Positions 57,590 to 64,000 of a stretch of 64,000 bases of DNA are shown here, piece after piece. Numbering within the stretch: position 1 is the stretch's first letter; every line of letters starts with the position of its first letter. This DNA comes from the human T2T-CHM13v2.0 reference genome, Homo sapiens. The translations under genes and the position numbers were made by a program. The stretch lies in NCBI RefSeq assembly GCF_009914755.1, contig NC_060946.1; one strand, given 5' to 3'. The notes beneath the pieces were generated by a model, which worked only from the letters and a program-made list of their open reading frames with translations, had not been told where the DNA came from and ran no database searches.

Positions 57590-58330
57590 ACAAATAAATT
57601 GAAAGAGTTCTTACTAATCAATAATAAAAGACAAACCCACTAGGAGAAAATTTGAAAAAGAATATAAACAGTTGATCTACAAAAGACACTAAAATGACAT
57701 ACATAAAAATTGTTAATCCTTATTAGAGGAATGCAAATGGAAACAACAGTAAAACTTCTTCCTACGGGCAAAATTGTCGAAGGTACTGGCACCAGGGATG
57801 ATATCTGGTGCTGACGCGAACAGACTGACGTGGCTCCTCTCACGCACTGTCCGTAGGGATGCTAATTAATATTAATATTTTTGGAAATTAATTTGTCAAT
57901 GTACAGCAAGGCCTCAAAATTGTGTCCTTATTTGGACCTAACAATTCCAGTTCTGTAATTTTTTCTGTAAATAACCATAAATATAGAAAATGATTTCAGT
58001 AAAAGGGTGTTCATTTCTGAAGTGTTTTCCAAACACTAGAAGTTGTCTAAATGTCCAAAAATCAAGGTTGATTGAATAAACGGCAGTATTTATGTGTTAC
58101 AGAATTTCAGGCCGCCAGAAAACACAATGTTCTGGAAGAATATATAATTCCGTGAAATAATATTCACTGTGTACTAAGAAAACTGTGTAAAAAATATTTA
58201 CAGGATGAACATATATGTGAAAAAAGATGTGAAAGATATTAACAAAATGCTAAATGTGGTGAACTCAGCGTGGCAGAATTGAGGAACATTCTGTATTCCT
58301 TTTGCTTGTCTCCCCATTTTGTATTTTTTT
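57590..58330 (+). mobile_element. Old L1ME-like 3' remnant
   Basis: 'agaggaatgcaaatggaaacaacag', 'aacaattccagttct', 'ctaaatgtccaaaaat...tgaataaa'. Confidence 0.5.
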
Positions 58331-58369
58331 AATGAACGAGATTTGGTGATGAGAGGCCGTGGGCACAGC

Positions 58370-58750
58370 CGTCAGGGCAGGTCCTCTGGAGCACACCACC
58401 TGGATCCCAACCTCAGCTCCCATGGCTGCCTACAAATCCCAGGACAATTGCCTGCAGGCCTCCTTGCCCCAGGTTCAACGTCCTTAAATCCAGGTATCGA
58501 CTGCCTCCTAGGGCTGTTATGAAGATTAAGTGAGTGAGTATATGGGGGAACTTGGACTAGTGCCTGGCCCTTAGTATGGGATGTATCAATATTACTTATT
58601 GTCATTACTACACTGGATCAATAAAATGGATAATTATCATTCAATCGTGCATTCATGTCATTTACCAACTGTCTGCAAAGCACTGTTTTCAGGGCTGAGA
58701 ATTCAGCACCAAAGTGGCCTCTGTTCTCACGGGGCACACAGTCTGTGCCT
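58370..58750. mobile_element. MIR followed by an antisense L2 3' end
   Basis: 'cctcctagggctgttatgaagattaagtgag...tagtgcctggc' and 'tcattcaatc..cattcatgtcatttacc'. Confidence 0.6.
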
Positions 58751-58936
58751 GCTGGGCCTCGCCCCTCCTCCCTGTGCGTCTTTTGGCCTTTTGTGCTTCT
58801 CTTTCCTGCATGCTGCAGCTCTTCTCTCGGCCTGGAAGCTGCTGAGGAAGTGCCTGAGCTCTCTACTGGTCAAGTCCATTCCCAGCAGCTGGAGGGGCCC
58901 ATCTTAACGGCTATCCCTGCTACTTCCCTGATCTGC

Positions 58937-59696
58937 CTGCCTGCCTTCCTCCCTCCCCTCCCCTCCCCTCCCCTCCCTCCTTCTCCTTCCTTCTCCTTCC
59001 TTCTCCTTCCTTCCTTCCTTCCTGACAGGGTCTCCTCTGTCACCCAGACTGGATTGCAATTATACAATCAGAGCTCACTGTAGACTCGAACTCATGGGCT
59101 CAAGCGATTCTCCCACCTTAACCTCTGAATCCCTTCCCTCCCCTCCCCTCCCCTTCCCTCCCCTCCCCCACTCCCCTCCCCTCCCCCCTCCCTCCCTCCT
59201 TCCCTCCCTTCCTTCCTTCCTGACAGGGTCTCCACTATCACCCATGCCGGAGTAGTTATACAGTCAGAGCTCACTGCAGCCTCGAACTCATGGGCTCAAG
59301 TGATACTCCCACTTCAACCTCTGAATCCCTTCCCTTCCCTCCCCTCCCCTCTCCTCCCTCCCTCCCTCCTTCTCTTCCTTCTCCTTCCTTCCCTCCCTCC
59401 TTCCTTCCTTCCTTCTCGACAGGGTCTCCTCTATCGCCCACGCCAGAGTACAGTTATACAGTCAGAGCTCACTGCAGCCTCGAACTCATGGGCTCAAGCG
59501 ATCCACCCACCTCAGCCTCCCAAGTAGCTGTGACTACAGGTGTGTGCCACCATGCTGCCTAACTTTTTGATTTTTTGTAGAGATGGGGGTCTTGCTCTGT
59601 TGCCCAGGCTGGTCTTGAATTCCTGGCCTCAAGCTACCCTCTCCTCTTGGCCTGCCAAAGTGCTAGAATTATAGGCGGGAACCACCACACCCAGCC
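58937..59696 (-). mobile_element. AluJ-like element with its 3' ~197 bp (polypyrimidine tract plus right-arm end) present three times
   Basis: gacagggtctcc at 59024, 59222 and 59418, each preceded by a CCCT/CCTT tract; only the third copy continues as a full Alu to 59696. Confidence 0.9.
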
Positions 59697-61364
59697 ATGC
59701 CCAGGTTCTCTAGCCAGAAGCCTGGGGAGTCACTTGGGACATCTCTGCCATGCCCACCACTCCGGAGTCCCCATAGCCTGTCAGTTCTACTTCCTGGATA
59801 GCTGCCAAGCCCCCCACATCCCTGCCTTGACAGCTGCTCCTGAGAAGCCAGCCACCCCGGCTCTCATCTGGATCTTCCCAGCCACTGCCAAGCTGGCTCA
59901 ATTCTCTCTGCCAACCTGGGTCCTCCCCCAGCTGTCAGAGTAACCTCTTGGTAAAATGCACATGGGATATGTGTGTGGAAGGTGAAAGCCTGCAATTGTT
60001 TTCAGAGGGAGGCACAGATCCCTGGGAGAGCAGGCACAATAGCCCGCTACAGCCCCCACCTTTCGCGACCTGCTGTTCAGAGACCTGTGTGCTTCCTTTA
60101 GGAGATAGCGCTGGCCTTGCATAAAATACATTTTTTCTCCCACTGTATCAGCAGGGACATCCTGACATCTCACCCCGTGAAAACATTCAGCTCCAAATTC
60201 AGTATCTCAGCAAGCCCTTGGTCAGTTGGGCACCCGCAACCTAATGGCAAATAGAAAACACCCTCACCGCAGGGAGGAGTGGAGAGAGAACAACCCACCC
60301 CCGCCGACCACAGCAGAACACAGCGAGCAGTGGGCTCACATCCCCAGGAGGACAGCGAGGCTGCCACCTGACTGCAGTACGTGCCTGGGTCCGCACCCTG
60401 GTCAGCCGCCCCTCCTCTCTGGGTAACGCCCCTTTTTCTATTGCCCTCCTCCGACACCCTGGGTGCCCCGCCATGCAGGATGCCCCTTCTATGGGTCAGG
60501 CCTCTGAAGCAGTCCCAGGACTGGTGGCTTGGTGTGGGGTGAGAGCCGAGGACTCCCTCAAGGGTTACACCATTGCCATCCCCTGCGTTTTTGGGTAGGA
60601 GTTAAGGTGATGGTGTGATTCCTTAATAGACTTATTTAGGTTTCAAAATCTAAACTCCTGTCAGTTCTGGCTAGTAATCAAAACCAGCCCATCAACAACA
60701 ACAACAAAATCGTCAATCCGTAGCGTGTGTTGCGATCCAGAGCAGAGCTTTCTGTTCCCTAGCAACCGAATTCAGGCTGCGCTCACCCCCCATCCTCAAT
60801 TTCCATCTTGGTCTCTCTCTCCAGGCCTCTGGAAACAAGGCCGGGATGGGGCTGGACCAGGCACCTGCCCTTGCCTTCGGGCTGCCCGGGGGTGGTGTCT
60901 TTGTAATTACCTCAAGGTTGCTGTCCCAGGGAGACCCCATCTCTTCAATCTGATCTCGGACCCCACACCTCCCCCCTGCCTCCCCACTCCTCAGGTCCGT
61001 CTACTTGTAACCTGGGGTGGAGAATTCACCTTTTCTAGCGTCACCATTTTCAGACTCTCCACCATTCTAGACTCCAAGTCATAAGCACCAAGGGCTCCCC
61101 TTCCATTCCCTTTTTCTGGAAATATTCAGCATGTAATGAACCAGGCACTGCTCTCCCATAGCCCAAGGTTCCCCGCCATAGCCCTAATGTTGCGAGCACA
61201 AAAACCTCAGTGTCTGAGTTCCTGGATACAGCAGGCCGGGTACCGCACTGCACCCCTTCTCCTCTGCTTGGGAGCCCTCCCCAGCCACCCCATTGTCACC
61301 ACAGCCCCTGTCCTTTGGCAAGAAGCCTCCAATATACCCTCCCAAAGTCAAGGTAGACTGCATC

Positions 61365-61695
61365 TCTCTTCAAACCATATTTTTTAAAGAAAGAAAATTA
61401 CTATAAACCAAATTATTGGGAGGGCAACCAGCATTTCAAAAATGAATTAGGATACAATAGAAAACATCAGAGTATTTTTGGGGTAAATATTGCTTCGGAA
61501 AGTTTCACTCCAAGCATGTTTGTGCATGCGTGTGTGCATGTGTGTTAAAGCATGTGTGTGCATGTATGTGCGTGTGTGTGGATGTGTGTGCCTGTGTGTT
61601 CACGTGCGTGTGTGTGTTCATGTATGTGCATATATGTGTGCATGTGTGTGTGTGTTTGTCCTAAGGATGGACCAAAAGGGCCTGGAAACCAGTCT
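61365..61695 (+). mobile_element. MER103-like hAT relic with expanded internal TG-rich tract
   Basis: 'accagcatttcaaaaatgaa...aatagaaaacatcagagt...gggtaaatattgcttcg' followed by a degenerate (TG)n at 61515-61655. Confidence 0.5.
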
Positions 61696-61754
61696 CCTGG
61701 AAGCCTTCCCTGGCACACACCTTGCTGTGTTCTAGAGTGTGATTTTAGGGTAAA

Positions 61755-61962
61755 TGCTCCTCTCTTGTGCTCCAAGAGTGCTCTCCTCTCCCTCCCATCG
61801 TGACGCTTGCCACACTGCACTGGAATTGTTTGTTTCCTTGTCTGTTTCTCAAACTGACTGTCACTTTCCAGGGGGACAGAAAATCTATGTCTTGTTGGCT
61901 TCCCCAGTCCCAGTGCCTGGCCCAAGTAGTTGCTCAATAAACAGAGGTTGAATGAAGGAATG
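61755..61962 (+). mobile_element. L2 3' end
   Basis: 'cagtgcctggcccaagtagttgctcaataaacagaggttgaatgaaggaat'. Confidence 0.7.
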
Positions 61963-62496
61963 TCTGGCACAGGAGTTCGGGATGGACAGGATGAATTGGA
62001 ATCTGTAACATTTTAAAAGCCACATCCTTTTTAGCAGGAAAAAAGGCTTCAATGAAAGGAATGAAATTGTAAGGGTGGAGACCTGGGCATCAATGGCTGA
62101 CTCCACAGAATCCCATTGAGGGAGCCCCTCCCTGCCAGGGTCCCAGGCCCACCCTGCACATCCAGAGGCAAGAGGTACGTCCCTCATGGCCACCCCAAAG
62201 TTGTCAGGAGCCCCAACTTCTGCAGAATCACCTCCCTGCCAGGAAAGAGAGCGGGGAGAAGCTGCAGTTGAGAAGATACTAAACAGGAAAGTCAGCGTTT
62301 TAATTAAACAGGATTCAAAATTGATGGGAGAAAACAAGCATGGACACAATCATATTAACACAAGAATCCCGTCAGAGCCCCTGGCAAGGAAGCTTCAGTG
62401 CACAACAACCACTGGGACGGGGGTTAGAGGACTCGCAGTGAGAGGCTGCCTTTCTTTGCTCAGTTTCTCCTAAAGTGTTGTGTGTGTGTGGATGGG

Positions 62497-62500
<4 letters not shown>

Positions 62501-62548
<48 letters not shown>
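62501..62548. repeat. (TG)16(AG)8 compound microsatellite
   Basis: Directly visible. Confidence 0.95.
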
Positions 62549-62549
<1 letters not shown>

Positions 62550-63519
62550 TTCAAGGAAAATATGTGTGTGTGTGGTGCTGTGTGTGCATTGGGGCATGAA
62601 TGCTTGCATGCATGAGTTGTGGGTGAGTGTACGGCTGGGGACAGTCCACATCCCTTCACCTCCCTGGACCAGGCCTCAAGATGAAGGGATGATGCTTCTT
62701 CTCCCTGGTTGCTCAATCTGACTTGCAGGCCCTCTACTGGCTCCTCAGAAAAGGGTCTCCAGCGCCAAAAGAATCTCCTGGGGTGCTCAAGCCCCCAGCC
62801 CTATGCAGGATGGAGAATATCTTGTGAGTTCCAGAGGAGGGGTTCTATTAGTCGTGTGCACGAACCTGCAGGAAGGCAGAGCTTGGGGTGGTGCTGTGGC
62901 AGCTACCGGCAGGGGCCAGAGCCTCTCCAGGCAGCAGGGCCATCTGGACATCCTGGACTGGGGAGCGTATCTCCTGGGCTGTAGAGGGAGGTGCAGAGGG
63001 GACATGACTAGGAGGGTTGGAGATGGGGAAAGTGTCCTTGTGTCCTTACAAGGCTCATTTTCCCCCCATCCTTTGCTTGTTATAGGAGTGAACCTGTCTT
63101 GCAGATGATCGTTGACTATGCAGGTAAAATAGATTGCGATCATTGTCATCCTGCTCAGAAAACCCACCTGGATAGGACCAGTCCTGGGACTGGGAGCCCG
63201 GAGACGCCACTGAGAGCCGGTCCTGCAGGGACTCCAGGGAGATGAACCAGGAGATGGCTCAGCAAGGACCAGGCAGTGGCAGAGGTGCCCGAGTAGAGTG
63301 ATCGTGGGGCAGAGGACTGAGGGAAAGTGCGTGCCTGTGCCTGGCAGTGCCGCCCCAGGTGGAGGAGGAGCCCTCAGGGTGGTGGGCTTCCGATGAAGGG
63401 TGACTCTGCTGGGGTCTGAGGCTGTGCTCCCAGTGGACTCAGGGACCCCACTGCACAAGCCCGATTTTGGGTAACAGGGCACACCTAGGGAACAGGCCCA
63501 GAGCACCCTCTCCTTGGAA

Positions 63520-64000
63520 TAAACTCCGGATCCAAGTCCCAGAACCCACCTTAGGAGGCGTCTGCCGCCCCCGCCCCCTCCCCAGCCTTCCAGGCCCTGG
63601 CTGCGGTGGATGGGGGCGCGGAAGGCCCAAGTGCGCGAACTTCACCTGGCCCGGCCGTCCTCCCCGTGGGGGGCCCAGGCTGCGGGCGCGTCAGGCCGTC
63701 TCTGTCGCCATCCGGAGGAGCGGCTTGGGCGCCGCGTCCCCTCTGCCAGGCCCGGGTCGGCGGGCGGCTGGAGCCCCCAGCGGTGGCGGGCGCGCGCCTC
63801 TCTCGCGGATGCCGGGGCGCGCGTAGCCGGGGCGCGCAGTGACGCCCAGAGCGGGGCCGGCGTCCCCCTGGCGGGCCGGCGCGGGGTCGGCGGGCGCGGG
63901 CGCGAGCGCGGGCGGCGCGGGCGCGGCGCGGGGCGCGGTGGGCCGGGGCCCGGGCGCGGCGGCGGCGGCGGCGGAGGATGGCGCGCGCGGGGCCCGCACG
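63520..64000 (+). promoter_or_regulatory. TAFA5: CpG island promoter / start of a first exon, probably TAFA5 (FAM19A5); truncated by the window end
   Basis: Very high GC and CpG density, GC-box-like gggcgg/ccgccc motifs, TGACG half-site near 63840 and (GCG)6. The island is directly seen. The gene name rests on my recollection that ggcggcggcggaggatggcgcgcgcggggcccgcacg opens the TAFA5 mRNA and is not verified. Confidence 0.55.

Noticed and set aside
58937-59696. SVA-like look (C/T-rich tract followed by antisense Alu pieces)
   Set aside because: No true CCCTCT array, GC-rich VNTR or SINE-R; explained by tandem duplication of an AluJ end.
62787-63999. Minus-strand ORFs of 239 aa and 102 aa near the CpG island
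   Set aside because: Pro/Ala/Arg-rich ORFs are expected from stop-codon scarcity at high GC; no domain or splice support.

Overview
Primate (most likely human) GC-rich intergenic DNA with no credible protein-coding gene, tRNA, rRNA or CRISPR array. The window ends in a CpG island whose last bases resemble, from memory only, the 5' end of TAFA5/FAM19A5 (22q13.3). It holds about 22 Alus (many with clear target-site duplications), old L1/L2/MIR fragments, MaLR LTRs, DNA-transposon relics (MER2, MER20, Tigger3a, MER103-like), a rearranged ERV-L provirus remnant (30.8-35.0 kb) and many minisatellites, one of them telomere-like. The most unusual signal is a set of short, locally templated copy events: an Alu split by an insertion copied from two nearby donors, an ERV-L with its RT/RNase H segment inverted and a duplicated integrase piece, and two dispersed short direct duplications. 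I found no evidence of a new gene system. Repeat subfamily names come from recalled consensus sequences, and identities were counted by eye.
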